Source of the DNA: an uncultured delta proteobacterium
Lineage (GTDB): Bacteria; Desulfobacterota; Binatia; Binatales; Binataceae
Direction: 5' to 3'
Assembly: GCA_963794325.1 (NCBI GenBank)
Contig: CAWCDG010000004.1
Location: 1,280,001-1,344,000 of the forward strand
Length of the DNA: 64,000 bases
In this document: positions 1 to 9,438 of the stretch, one piece after another
How the letters are laid out: each line of letters opens with the position of its first letter
Position numbering within the stretch: position 1 is the first letter of the stretch
Notes under the pieces: model-generated
The model's input: only the letters and a program-made list of their open reading frames with translations
Database searches by the model: none
What the model was told of the DNA's origin: nothing
Program-made: the position numbers and the translations under genes

Positions 1-543
1 GGGCAGCGGAGTCCCGGGGAGTGTGTTGTCGCCTGAGACGACGGTGTCGGACCAATGCTTGAACTGCTGGTAGTGATCGGGCGGCACGCCGAGCATCTCC
101 GCGATAACCATGACCGGCAGCGCATTCGCAATCCCGTGCATCACCTCGAGTTCGCCCTTGTGTTGCGCGGCATCGATGAGATTTTTGGCGATCTCGCGGA
201 TGCGCGGCTCGAGGTCGCGGATTCGCCGCGGCGTGAAATCCCGCGAGACCAGGCGGCGCAGGCGAGTGTGCAGCGGAGGATCGGAGAACAGCATCGTACG
301 CGCGCCGGCAAACGGGCCCTCGTCGTTAGGCTCGTTGGGATCGCGCGGGCGCACACTCGAGAAGTGCGCATGGTCGCGCAGCACGGCGGTGACGTCGGCA
401 TAGCGAGTCACCATCGCAACTGGTCCGAACAGATCGAGAATGCGTGGCGGAGCAGCGAGCAGGGGCTTGTAGTGAGGATACGGATTGGCGCGAAACGCGG
501 GGTCCCAAGGGTTGAAGTAGATGTTCTCTGCGGCCTGGTTCAT
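1..543 (-). CDS. Cytochrome P450, 3' end beyond window; tandem paralog of 715..1935
   Basis: Not in ORF track. Manual translation MNQAAENIYFNPWDPAFRANPYPHY...DPPLHTRLRRLVSRDFTPRRIRDLEPRIREIAKNLIDAA is collinear with the neighbouring P450. Confidence 0.93.
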   Translation of the reverse strand, partial: MNQAAENIYFNPWDPAFRANPYPHYKPLLAAPPRILDLFGPVAMVTRYADVTAVLRDHAHFSSVRPRDPNEPNDEGPFAGARTMLFSDPPLHTRLRRLVSRDFTPRRIRDLEPRIREIAKNLIDAAQHKGELEVMHGIANALPVMVIAEMLGVPPDHYQQFKHWSDTVVSGDNTLPGTPLP

Positions 544-651
544 GTTCAAACTTCCTTTTGGTGGATTTCAGTTTTCCGCCGCATCGCCGACACTGCACCG
601 CTGTGCCGACGGGCAGTTAGGAGCAATCGCGATGCCATCGTTGGCTGCTAA

Positions 652-665
652 ACAATCACGCGTGT
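652..665. promoter_or_regulatory. Putative TetR operator upstream of the second P450
   Basis: ACAATCACGCGTGT is the reverse complement of the 2598-2611 box with 1 mismatch. Confidence 0.6.
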
Positions 666-714
666 TTTCATCCTGCGGACATGCATCAATTCGACTGCGC
701 GCAGTATTGCGACG

Positions 715-1935
715 TCACTTCAGCGCCATTTCGAGACGGCTCAGCCCGCGCAGGAAGTACGAGCCTTTGTAGGTCACCGGCGCGTCGGGATTTTTCAGCC
801 GGAGACGTGGGAATCGCTCGAGGGCACTGCCAATAGCGATCGACCCTTCCATCCGGGCCAGCGGAGCGCCGATACAGAAATGGATTCCGTCGCCGAACGC
901 GAAATGTTCGTTCGATTCGCGCGTGATATCGAACTTTTCGGGGTCCTTGAATTGCGCCGGATCCCGATTCGCCGCTGCGATGATCACGAATGCGCCCATG
1001 CCGGCAGTAATCGGCGTCCCGCCAATCGCGGTATCCTTCGTTGCCGTACGGAATGTGGCTTGCACCGGCCCGTCGTAACGCAGCATCTCCTCGATCGCAC
1101 CGCGCATCAGATCTGACTTCGAGCGCAGCGCCGCCATCGACTGTGGATTGCGTCCCAACGCGAGCATCCCGTTGCCGATCAGATTGGTCGTCGTCTCGTT
1201 GCCGGCGAGCAGCAACAGCATGAGGAATTGCATCAACTCGTCAGCGCTCAGCGCTTCGGCCTCATCGTGGGCGGCGACCAGAGCGCTCACCAGATCAGTG
1301 CCGGGGTTCTTGCGGCGGCGGACAATCTCGTCGGCGAAGTACGCCTTCAATTCAGTGAACGCGCGTTTGATTTCGTCGGGAATCGGCATCCCGGGCAGAG
1401 TGTTGTCGGCCTCGATTACCTTGTCGGACCAATTCTTGAATTGCTGGTATTCCTCGGGCGGCACGCCGAGCAAGTCGCTGATCACCATGACGGGCAGCGG
1501 ATTGGCGAGATCCGCCATCACGTCGAATTCACCCTTGCGCTCAGCGGCGTCGATGAGATTTTTCGCGATTTCGCGGATGCGCGGTTCCAGATCGCGGATT
1601 CGTCGTGGAGTGAAGTCGCGCGAGACCAGCCGGCGCAGCCGTGTTTGGGTCGGCGGATCGGAGGCGAGCATCGTTGGCGCATCGCCGAATGCCTTCGCCT
1701 GCTCGTCGAATAAAATTCCAGGAGGCGGCACGCTCGAAAATGTGCCGTGGTCCATCAGGATCGCGCGCACATCGGCGTAGCGCGCGGCCAGCGCGAATTT
1801 GAAACCCATGTCTATAATTCGCGGCGGTCCCGCTAGCAGGGGGCGATAATGCGGGTACGGGTTGGCGCGGAAGTTTTCGTCCCACGGATTGAAGTAGAAG
1901 TCCTGCGATGCCTGAGTCTCAATCGCTTCACTCAT
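715..1935 (-). CDS. Cytochrome P450
   Basis: AGNETT I-helix, EEMLR (ExxR), FGDGIHFCIG heme-Cys motif. Confidence 0.97.
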   Translation of the reverse strand: MSEAIETQASQDFYFNPWDENFRANPYPHYRPLLAGPPRIIDMGFKFALAARYADVRAILMDHGTFSSVPPPGILFDEQAKAFGDAPTMLASDPPTQTRLRRLVSRDFTPRRIRDLEPRIREIAKNLIDAAERKGEFDVMADLANPLPVMVISDLLGVPPEEYQQFKNWSDKVIEADNTLPGMPIPDEIKRAFTELKAYFADEIVRRRKNPGTDLVSALVAAHDEAEALSADELMQFLMLLLLAGNETTTNLIGNGMLALGRNPQSMAALRSKSDLMRGAIEEMLRYDGPVQATFRTATKDTAIGGTPITAGMGAFVIIAAANRDPAQFKDPEKFDITRESNEHFAFGDGIHFCIGAPLARMEGSIAIGSALERFPRLRLKNPDAPVTYKGSYFLRGLSRLEMALK

Positions 1936-1941
1936 TGCACT

Positions 1942-2580
1942 TCACCTTCCGTTTCTCGATTCGTTTAAATCCAGTTCGCGCGCGATCGACGCGCAGAGCC
2001 GTTTGGTTGTCTCCAAGGCACGCACGAACTCGGGTGGATCGATTTCGCCTTCGGATAGCACCCGCTCGAGCGCCAACGATTCGAGTTGCCCGAACACGAC
2101 TCCCATCAGGTCCTGGAGTTTGTCTTCGCGACCCGCCGGCCAATCGAGTATCGCTCTGAGGCCCACTTTAAAGCCCTGGGCGAAACGATCGCCCGCCGCG
2201 CGCACCGCTTCGTTGAGTGCGGGATCAGTGCGGCTGGCGACGACCAGCTCGAGCCAGGCGTAGAAGGTCGGACCTTTGAACATCGGCCACATCGCATCGA
2301 TCAGCATCGCGATCCGGTCCTCGCGGTTGCCGGGCGGAGGCTCCGCGATCGCGGCGCTCATTTCGGTGAGCCGCAACTCGAACACGTGCTCGAGGGCGCT
2401 CACGACGAGCTCGTCCTTTTTAGGGAAATGGTGCAACTGCGCACCGCGCGAGACTCCCGCGCGGCTGGCTATTTCGGTGGTCGTGGTGCCGGCGTATCCG
2501 CGATCGAAAAGGCAGGCGACGGTGGCATCGAGCAACCGGCGTCGAGTTTCGGCGCTTCGCTCTTCTTGTAGTGCGGACAT
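1942..2580 (-). CDS. TetR/AcrR family regulator
   Basis: QEERSAETRRRLLDAT...IASRAGVSRGAQLHHFP HTH; start placed at ATG 2580. Confidence 0.93.
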   Translation of the reverse strand: MSALQEERSAETRRRLLDATVACLFDRGYAGTTTTEIASRAGVSRGAQLHHFPKKDELVVSALEHVFELRLTEMSAAIAEPPPGNREDRIAMLIDAMWPMFKGPTFYAWLELVVASRTDPALNEAVRAAGDRFAQGFKVGLRAILDWPAGREDKLQDLMGVVFGQLESLALERVLSEGEIDPPEFVRALETTKRLCASIARELDLNESRNGR

Positions 2581-2597
2581 TTCTGCCAGTTGAACAT

Positions 2598-2630
2598 ACA
2601 GGCGTGATTGTGACAAGCAGGCGTGACTGT
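2598..2630. promoter_or_regulatory. Tandem TetR operator boxes
   Basis: ACAGGCGTGATTGT (2598-2611) and GCAGGCGTGACTGT (2617-2630), imperfect palindromes directly upstream of tetR. Confidence 0.6.
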
Positions 2631-2662
2631 TTCCTCATGGCGGGTTGTTGATCATGCCCGAA

Positions 2663-2706
2663 AACCTAACCCCTAACCCCTTCCCATAGTGGGAAGGGGG
2701 ACCGGA
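2663..2706. repeat. REP-like hairpin repeat, copy 1
   Basis: AACCTAACCCCTAA-CCCCTTCCC-ATAGT-GGGAAGGGG-GACCGGA; near-identical to 4009-4051. Confidence 0.8.
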
Positions 2707-2751
2707 GAGAGGAGTGCGGCGGATACGCCGAGCCTTAGGCCGACGACGGAG

Positions 2752-3552
2752 TTAGCGGCCTTTGAAAACCGGGCGGCGCTTTTCCAGGAATGCGCGGACG
2801 CCTTCGCGATAATCCTCGCTGTCGAAGCATTGCGCGACCATCGCGGAGACGGCTTTCGCGTTGCGCTCTTCGCGATCTTTCAGACTCTCGCGAATCGCTA
2901 GCTTGGCGGCGGCCATCGTCAGGGGCGCGTTGGTGGCCATCTTGAGCACGTAGTCGCGGACGTTCTCCTCGAGCTTTTCGGGATCCACCACTCGGTTGAT
3001 GAGGCCCATGTGCAGCGCCTCCTCCGCGTCGAACAGGCGCGCGGAGAGCAAGATGTCGCGCGCGTTGGCGGGGCCGACGGTATGCGCGAGCATGTTGACG
3101 CCCTCAAGCGGATACGCGAGTCCCAGCCGCGCGGCGGGAACGCCGAAGCGGGTGCCGCGGGCGGCGATGCGGATATCGCATGCGAGTGCGACCTGCACGC
3201 CGCCGCCGATGCATACGCCGGAAATCATCGCGACGATAGGCTTGCGGCATTCGACCATCGAGGCAATCGCGTTGTTGGGCGCGTCGCGATAAGCGCGTGC
3301 CTGCGCCGCATCGGCGCGCATCGCGGGAAACTCCGAAATGTCGGCGCCCGCAATGAACGCCTCGGGCGTGCCGCCGCGCATGACGATCACGCGAATCGTG
3401 TCGTCGCTGGCCAGCTCGGCGACACCTTCCGCAATCCGATTCCAGGTCTTAAGATTGAGCGCGTTGCGGACTTGCGGCCGGTTGAGCACCAGCCATCCAA
3501 TCGGCGCCTCGTGAGTGACTATCAACGGATCGGCTGAAGTTTCATCTTTCAC
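2752..3552 (-). CDS. Enoyl-CoA hydratase/isomerase family protein
   Basis: LNRPQVRNAL, AFIAGADI, CIGGG, DYREGVRAFLEKRRP crotonase motifs. Confidence 0.95.
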   Translation of the reverse strand: MKDETSADPLIVTHEAPIGWLVLNRPQVRNALNLKTWNRIAEGVAELASDDTIRVIVMRGGTPEAFIAGADISEFPAMRADAAQARAYRDAPNNAIASMVECRKPIVAMISGVCIGGGVQVALACDIRIAARGTRFGVPAARLGLAYPLEGVNMLAHTVGPANARDILLSARLFDAEEALHMGLINRVVDPEKLEENVRDYVLKMATNAPLTMAAAKLAIRESLKDREERNAKAVSAMVAQCFDSEDYREGVRAFLEKRRPVFKGR

Positions 3553-3577
3553 GGCTGGCGGACCTCTGACGAGACTT

Positions 3578-4015
3578 ATGACGATAATTGAGCGGGCTTC
3601 CAGTGGCGATTTTGAGCATATTTGTGCGCTGGACGAAACTGTTCACGGAGCGCCTGCCAGGCGCAGATTGATCGAGACGGCTTGCGAGAGTGGCCATGTC
3701 TCCGTGGCGCGCGTCGAGGACGTAGTCCGCGGCTTCGTGATCGCGGACGAGAGTTTCTTCGGTCAATGTTACGTGCGGCTGCTGATGGTGCATCCGGAGT
3801 TTCGGCGTCGCGGACTGGCGACCGCGTTGATGCGTGCGGCGGAGCTCGGTTGTCAGGCGGGCAAGCTGTTCACCTCGACCAACCAGTCGAACATTCCGAT
3901 GCAGCGGCTGTGCGAGCGATTGGGGTTCGTCAAGAGCGGATACATCGAGAATCTGGATGAGGAGGATCCGGAATTGATCTATGTGAAGATGCTGGTGCCG
4001 GTTCCAGGAACCTAA
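3578..4015 (+). CDS. GNAT family N-acetyltransferase
   Basis: VHPEFRRRGLA acetyl-CoA motif, STNQSN, LGF; stop codon lies inside the REP-like repeat. Confidence 0.9.
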   Translation: MTIIERASSGDFEHICALDETVHGAPARRRLIETACESGHVSVARVEDVVRGFVIADESFFGQCYVRLLMVHPEFRRRGLATALMRAAELGCQAGKLFTSTNQSNIPMQRLCERLGFVKSGYIENLDEEDPELIYVKMLVPVPGT

Positions 4016-4051
4016 CCCCTAACCCCTTCCCTCGAGGGAAGGGGAACCGGA
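4009..4051. repeat. REP-like hairpin repeat, copy 2
   Basis: AACCTAACCCCTAA-CCCCTTCCC-TCGA-GGGAAGGGG-AACCGGA between convergent genes. Confidence 0.8.
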
Positions 4052-4063
4052 TTTATATTCCTT

Positions 4064-4930
4064 CTATATCTTAGCGAGTACCTCGTCGCGTAGTTTTTCC
4101 AGGCCGCGGGTGAGACCTTCGGCGTCGAAGGCCGGCGGCGCGATCACTACTCGCGAGACGCCTATCGCTTCGAGCGCCTTCAACTCTTCGACGCGTGGAC
4201 GGCCCATGCATGACAGCTCGATCTTTTTCGGGTCGCGGCCGGCTTTCTCGGCCTCCGACGTCATCAGCGCGAATAGTTCCTTGAGCTTGGGGATTTCCCC
4301 GATCGCCGGGAAGAAGCCGTCGCCGTAGCGGCCCGCCCGTTTCGCTGCGGCAGGAGAATGGCCGCCGACGTGAATCGGGACGCCGCCTTTTTGCACCGGC
4401 TTCGGATAGCACTTGACCGGGCCGAAGTTGAAATGTTTGCCGTGGAACGATGCGGCGTCCTCGCTCCACAACGCGCGCATCGCTTTGATCGCCTCGTCGG
4501 TGCGTGCGCCGCGGGTGTGGAAATCGAGGCCCAGCGAGGTGAACTCTTCCTCGAGCCATCCGCTGCCGATTCCGAGGATCGCGCGGCCGTTGGAGAGCAC
4601 GTCGAGCGTGGCCATTTCTTTGGCGACGTACAGTGGATGCCGCTGCGGAAGAATCAGCACTCCGGTCGCGAGCTTGATTTTTTTCGTCACGGCAGCGGCG
4701 AAGGCGAGCGGCAGCAGCGGATCGGGAATCGCGACGTCCTCGCCGCCGGGGATTTTTCCAGTGGAGGAATACGGATACGGCGATTTGTAGTCCTGCGGGA
4801 TTACGACGTGCTCGACGGTCCACATCGACTCGATGCCGCATCGCTCGGCGGTGGTCGCCAGATGGGTCAGCAGGGTGGGATTACCGAAGGGTCCGGAGTT
4901 TACGAACATCAGTCCTAGTTTCATTTTCAA
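4064..4930 (-). CDS. LLM class (probably F420-dependent) oxidoreductase
   Basis: WTVEHVV, DPLLPLAFAAAVT, KEMATLDVLSNGR, GIGSGW luciferase-like motifs. Confidence 0.92.
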   Translation of the reverse strand: MKMKLGLMFVNSGPFGNPTLLTHLATTAERCGIESMWTVEHVVIPQDYKSPYPYSSTGKIPGGEDVAIPDPLLPLAFAAAVTKKIKLATGVLILPQRHPLYVAKEMATLDVLSNGRAILGIGSGWLEEEFTSLGLDFHTRGARTDEAIKAMRALWSEDAASFHGKHFNFGPVKCYPKPVQKGGVPIHVGGHSPAAAKRAGRYGDGFFPAIGEIPKLKELFALMTSEAEKAGRDPKKIELSCMGRPRVEELKALEAIGVSRVVIAPPAFDAEGLTRGLEKLRDEVLAKI

Positions 4931-5135
4931 CTACCTCGTTTCGCGATGAAACAGGATCTACTATCTTCTCAAAAAAAGTTCTAACAGGGACGAAGTCCCG
5001 CATCTTCTCCCAATATTGGGTGCAGGGGTCACCCCTGCTGAAGGAAGCGTGAAACCCACCGCGGGTTTCACATTCAATCAAGTTCCACTTGCTTCGCGCT
5101 TGTTCAAATTCCGCCAGCGAGTTACTTGTTGAGGC

Positions 5136-6011
5136 ATGGATATTGGAAAAGTTGGGATATGGTTCTTCCTCGACGCGATGACTGCGCCGGACAGCGCCGA
5201 GTTCGCCAAGCAGGTCGAGAAGAATGGCTACAAGGTGCTCTGGATCCCCGAGGCGGTCGGACGCGAGCCGTTTGCGCATGCCGCGTACCTGTTGAGTCAT
5301 ACCGATCGGCTGTCGATCGCGACCGGTATCGCGAACATCTGGGCGCGTGACGCGATCACGATGGCGGCGGCGTCGAAGACGGTCGCCGAACTTTCCGGCA
5401 ACCGCTTTCTGCTTGGCATCGGCGTCAGTCACAAGCCTCTTGTCAGCAACCTGCGCGGGCATAACTACGACAAGCCGTACAGCTTCATGAAGGAGTATCT
5501 GCCGAAGATGAAGGGCGCGTTGTACATGGCGCCGCCGCCCAAGGAACCGGTGCCGGTGGTGCTGGCCGCGTTGCATCCGAAGATGCTCGCGCTGTCGGCG
5601 TCCGAGGCGAACGGCACGCATACCTACTTCGTGCCGCCTGAGCATACGGCGAAGGCGCGCGCGCAAATCGGACCGAATGCGATGCTATGCGCGGCGCAGG
5701 CCGTGATCCTCGAGACTGACGCCACCAAGGCGCGCAAAGCGGCGCGCGATTATATGAAGACCTACGTTCCGCGCCTGCCCAACTACACCAACAATCTGAA
5801 GGCGCTCGGATGGGCTGACAGCGAATTCGAAAACGGATGCTCCGATCGGCTGGTGGACGCGATCGTGGCATGGGGCAATGAGGAGAAGATTCGCGATCGT
5901 ATCGACGCGCACTTGAAGGCGGGCGCCTCTCACGTATGTATCCTCCCGCTGCGTGCCGACGGCACGCCACAGCCTGACATGCGCACAGTGCAGGCGTTCG
6001 CACAGCGTTAG
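5136..6011 (+). CDS. LLM class (probably F420-dependent) oxidoreductase
   Basis: ATGIANIWARD, RFLLGIGVSH, LPNYTNN motifs. Confidence 0.9.
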   Translation: MDIGKVGIWFFLDAMTAPDSAEFAKQVEKNGYKVLWIPEAVGREPFAHAAYLLSHTDRLSIATGIANIWARDAITMAAASKTVAELSGNRFLLGIGVSHKPLVSNLRGHNYDKPYSFMKEYLPKMKGALYMAPPPKEPVPVVLAALHPKMLALSASEANGTHTYFVPPEHTAKARAQIGPNAMLCAAQAVILETDATKARKAARDYMKTYVPRLPNYTNNLKALGWADSEFENGCSDRLVDAIVAWGNEEKIRDRIDAHLKAGASHVCILPLRADGTPQPDMRTVQAFAQR

Positions 6012-6410
6012 ATGGATTCGATGCGCCAATTTTTTTCAGCGTTGCCGATAATGGTTCTCGCGATCGCGATCGCGGGATGCGGCAACGAGCAACAGGCCGA
6101 GCAGGCCGAGGCTTCTGCCGCCAAGGCTCAGGCTGCAGCGCAGCACGCCGAACAAGCCGCGGCGCAGGCGCAGGCCGCGGCGGACAAAGCGACCGAGGCT
6201 GCGAATCGTGCGACCAAAGCAGTCGAGGAGGCGACCGTCGAGATCAACCGCGTCTCTGATCATCTCGAGCAGATGTCGCGGGATCGCGAGGCCGCGACGC
6301 ATGGACGCCGGCTCTCGCACGTGAAGAACGCACACAGGAAAGCCGCAGCCAATAAAGCGGCGGTCGCGGCGGGATCGCCCGCGGCGGCGTCGTCGCCGTC
6401 GGCGAAATAG
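6012..6410 (+). CDS. Alanine-rich (Ala-zipper-like) lipoprotein
   Basis: Hydrophobic signal ending in lipobox IAGC, then an A/Q-rich coiled coil. Confidence 0.7.
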   Translation: MDSMRQFFSALPIMVLAIAIAGCGNEQQAEQAEASAAKAQAAAQHAEQAAAQAQAAADKATEAANRATKAVEEATVEINRVSDHLEQMSRDREAATHGRRLSHVKNAHRKAAANKAAVAAGSPAAASSPSAK

Positions 6411-6426
6411 CGCGCCTCGAGACGCG

Positions 6427-7446
6427 ATGGCTGAGCCGATCAAATCGCAACCGATACGCACGCCGACCGAAGCCGACGTTCGCGCCGAGAATCCGGCGCG
6501 GCAACTCCGCCGGCATGCGTGGCTGAATATCGCAGGGCCGATCGCGGCAGTCTTTCTTGGAATTTTCGCCGCTGCGATGTACCTGCGGCCGGTCGATGTT
6601 CTCCGCTGGATCCAGATCTCGCGCCTGGGATGGTCGGGAGTCACGCAGAACGACCTCGCGCTCAAGGACAATCTCATTACGTATCTGATGACCGGCGGCT
6701 ATTCGGGGATGGATCCGGTTGTGATGATTCATGGGCTTGGTCCGAACGCCGCGCTGGTGTGGCGCGGAATCATGCCGCCGGTGGCGGAGGCGCATTACAA
6801 AGTTATCGCGCCCAATCTTCCCGGCTTCGCTTCATCAGATCACAAGCAAGTTCAATATTCGATCGCGTACCAGGCCGAGGCGGTTGCGCAGATGATCGAC
6901 GAGTTGAAGCTCGATCACGTCAACCTGATCGGCAACGATCTTGGCGCTGACGTGGCGCTTTACTACGCCGTCGAGCATCCCGACAAAGTCGAGCGGCTGG
7001 TTTTGATTTCGGGCGGGCTGGTCGGTGCGCGCGGCGCGGAGAAACTGCGCAGAGGGATGCTGCCGACCACGCCGGAGGCGGTGCGCGCGCAGGTCGAGGC
7101 GAGCTTTTTCGATTTGCCGCCGATGCCGGATTTCATTTATCAGCGCATGATGGAACAGCTGAGCCAGGACCTTCCGGCCGAGACCGACATGATCAATTCG
7201 GTGCCGCGCGACGAAGCGCATATCCGATCGAAGATGGGCCAGATCTTCAACACGCTCACGATCATAATGTGGGGCGCGAAAAATCCGTACTTCTCGAGCG
7301 CCGAAGGCGAGGCGCTACATGCGGCGATGCCCGGGTCGGCGACCGTAGTCTTCAAAACCTCTGGCGCTTACCCGCAACTCGAACACGCCGACGACTTCGC
7401 CGAATCGCTTATTTTCGTAATCAAGCAGGAAGAAGGCGGCCGCTAA
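6427..7446 (+). CDS. Membrane-anchored alpha/beta-fold hydrolase-like protein with altered catalytic triad
   Basis: N-terminal TM, IHGLG, LPGFASS, nucleophile elbow GNDLG, C-terminal SGAYPQLE. Confidence 0.85.
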   Translation: MAEPIKSQPIRTPTEADVRAENPARQLRRHAWLNIAGPIAAVFLGIFAAAMYLRPVDVLRWIQISRLGWSGVTQNDLALKDNLITYLMTGGYSGMDPVVMIHGLGPNAALVWRGIMPPVAEAHYKVIAPNLPGFASSDHKQVQYSIAYQAEAVAQMIDELKLDHVNLIGNDLGADVALYYAVEHPDKVERLVLISGGLVGARGAEKLRRGMLPTTPEAVRAQVEASFFDLPPMPDFIYQRMMEQLSQDLPAETDMINSVPRDEAHIRSKMGQIFNTLTIIMWGAKNPYFSSAEGEALHAAMPGSATVVFKTSGAYPQLEHADDFAESLIFVIKQEEGGR

Positions 7447-7536
7447 AGATAGCTGCTCGCACCCTGCAGGTTGCGCGGAACCCGGTCGTCTGCGATAAGC
7501 GAACTTAAAGTCTCAGCAAGTGAGGAATCGACAACG

Positions 7537-8184
7537 ATGAAGCTCTACAGCATGGATCTCTCCAACTTTGCCACCAAGTCGCGGCTGGTCATTTATGAAA
7601 AGGGACTCAAGGTCGAAATGGCGGCGATTCCGGGCGGCAAGCTCAGCTCGCCCGAATACGCGCAGATCAATCCGCTCGGCAAAATTCCGGCGCTCGAGGC
7701 CGACGGGCTGCTGATTCCCGAGTCCGAGGTAATCAACGAATACCTCGAAGACAAGTATCCGACTCCGCCGCTGCTTCCGAAGAGCCCGGAGGGCCGCGCC
7801 AAGGTGCGCATCCTTACCCGATTCCACGACCTCTACCTCGAGCCTCCACTGCGCGCGCTGTTCGGACAGATGAATCCGAAGACTCGCGACGAAAAAGTCG
7901 TCGGCGAGAAGGTGACTGATCTCAAGAATCGCATCGGCCAGCTCGAAAAGATGATCGCCGATGGCGGCTTCGCGTGCGGATCGGAGTTCACACTCGCCGA
8001 TTGCGCGCTCGCGCCCACAATATTTTTCGTGACCAACCTGGGCCCCGCGTTCGGGCTGAAACCGCTCGAGGGACATCCGAAAATCGCGGCATGGTGGGCT
8101 CACGTCCAGACGCGGCCATCGGTGAAAAAAGGCCTCGGCGAGATGGGCGAGGCGCTGGCTGCGATGCAGCGCGGCGGCCGTTAA
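7537..8184 (+). CDS. Glutathione S-transferase family protein
   Basis: INPLGKIPAL, ESEVINEYLE, FTLADC. Confidence 0.95.
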   Translation: MKLYSMDLSNFATKSRLVIYEKGLKVEMAAIPGGKLSSPEYAQINPLGKIPALEADGLLIPESEVINEYLEDKYPTPPLLPKSPEGRAKVRILTRFHDLYLEPPLRALFGQMNPKTRDEKVVGEKVTDLKNRIGQLEKMIADGGFACGSEFTLADCALAPTIFFVTNLGPAFGLKPLEGHPKIAAWWAHVQTRPSVKKGLGEMGEALAAMQRGGR

Positions 8185-8217
8185 AGATTCGTCACGCGAT
8201 TTACGACGACTCGAAAT

Positions 8218-8254
8218 AAAGCGGGAGCATCATCCGACACAATGCTCCCGCTTT
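8218..8254. terminator. Bidirectional rho-independent terminator
   Basis: AAAGCGGGAGCAT-11 nt-ATGCTCCCGCTTT perfect 13-bp stem between convergent genes. Confidence 0.75.
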
Positions 8255-8259
8255 TGTAA

Positions 8260-8493
8260 CTAACGGCGAACTCGCAGCATCGCGGCAACCGCGGCGGCGC
8301 ACCAGATGGCTTCGAGCACGACGAATGGCGCGAATCCGATCAGGTAAGATGCGTAGCACGAGAGGGCGGCGCCGATTGCGTTGGCCGCTTGGTACGCATG
8401 TGAATTGGCGTCCAGCATTCCGAACAGATTCATGAAGAACGCGATTAGCAGCAGCGCGACTCCGATCGATCCAATGATTCCCGATGCCGACAT
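8260..8493 (-). CDS. Small membrane protein (CBU_0592-like)
   Basis: 77 aa with 3 hydrophobic helices; Y..AN.IG and F..LE.IW pattern. Confidence 0.75.
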   Translation of the reverse strand: MSASGIIGSIGVALLLIAFFMNLFGMLDANSHAYQAANAIGAALSCYASYLIGFAPFVVLEAIWCAAAVAAMLRVRR

Positions 8494-8544
8494 TTCTTTT
8501 CTCCGCGGTCGTTGTGCAAAGATAGCCGCAAGGATGAACCGACG

Positions 8545-9306
8545 ATGTCATACCTCGATCGCGATGGCGTAAGCATCTACTACGAACAACGCGGCGCGGG
8601 ACCTTCCGTGCTGCTCTCGCATGGCTACAGCGCCAGCGCGCGGATGTGGCAGGGTCAGATGGAGGCGTTGTCGGACAGCTATCATCTGATCGCGTGGGAT
8701 ATGCGCGGGCACGACCGCTCCGACTCGCCCGACGATCCGTCGCTCTATTCGCATGAGGCAACCATTCACGATATGGCCGCAGTCCTCGACGCCTGCGGCG
8801 TCGGCCGCGCCATCATCGCAGGCTTGTCGCTTGGCGGCTTCATGTCGCTGGCATTTCATCTGGCGCATCCGTCACGCACCGAAGCCCTGATGCTGTTCGA
8901 CACCGGGCCCGGCTACAAGAAGGACGACGGTCGCGCGGGCTGGAACAAGATCGCCGACAGCATGGCGGCGGCGTACGAAAAGAAAGGACTCGCAGCGGCC
9001 GGCGCGAGTGCCGAGGTGAGCGTCGCGCGTCATCGCAGTGCGCAAGGCCTCGCGCACGCGGCGCGCGGGATGCTGGCGCAGAAAGACGGCCGGGTGATCG
9101 AGTCACTCCCGGCGATCGCGGTGCCGACGCTGGTGATTGTCGGCGAAAATGACGCACAGTTCCGGCCGTCGGCGGATTATATGGCGGCGAAAATTCCCGG
9201 CGCGGAGAAAGTGATCCTCGCCAATGCGGGACACGCCGCAAATATCGATCAGCCCGCCGCGTTCAACGCCGCCGTCCGCGCATTTCTGGATCGCGTCACC
9301 GATTAG
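8545..9306 (+). CDS. Alpha/beta fold hydrolase
   Basis: SHGY, DMRGH, GLSLGG nucleophile, NAGHAAN catalytic His. Confidence 0.93.
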   Translation: MSYLDRDGVSIYYEQRGAGPSVLLSHGYSASARMWQGQMEALSDSYHLIAWDMRGHDRSDSPDDPSLYSHEATIHDMAAVLDACGVGRAIIAGLSLGGFMSLAFHLAHPSRTEALMLFDTGPGYKKDDGRAGWNKIADSMAAAYEKKGLAAAGASAEVSVARHRSAQGLAHAARGMLAQKDGRVIESLPAIAVPTLVIVGENDAQFRPSADYMAAKIPGAEKVILANAGHAANIDQPAAFNAAVRAFLDRVTD

Positions 9307-9438
9307 CCCTTCTGGAGAACCGCCCCGCGAATCGGCAATATATAGATGTTGCCGGAGTTCGGTCCAAACCCTGATTGGCGACAACTCTGCAAACCTGATT
9401 GATCAGGGGGTTCCGAGACTCGTTCAGGACTGTTTAGA

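Noticed and set aside
55-651. 198-aa plus-strand ORF
   Set aside because: Antisense shadow of the P450 on the minus strand (1..543)
2664-2700. Telomere or eukaryotic contamination (TAACCC-like units)
   Set aside because: Only two units, embedded in a bacterial intergenic palindrome
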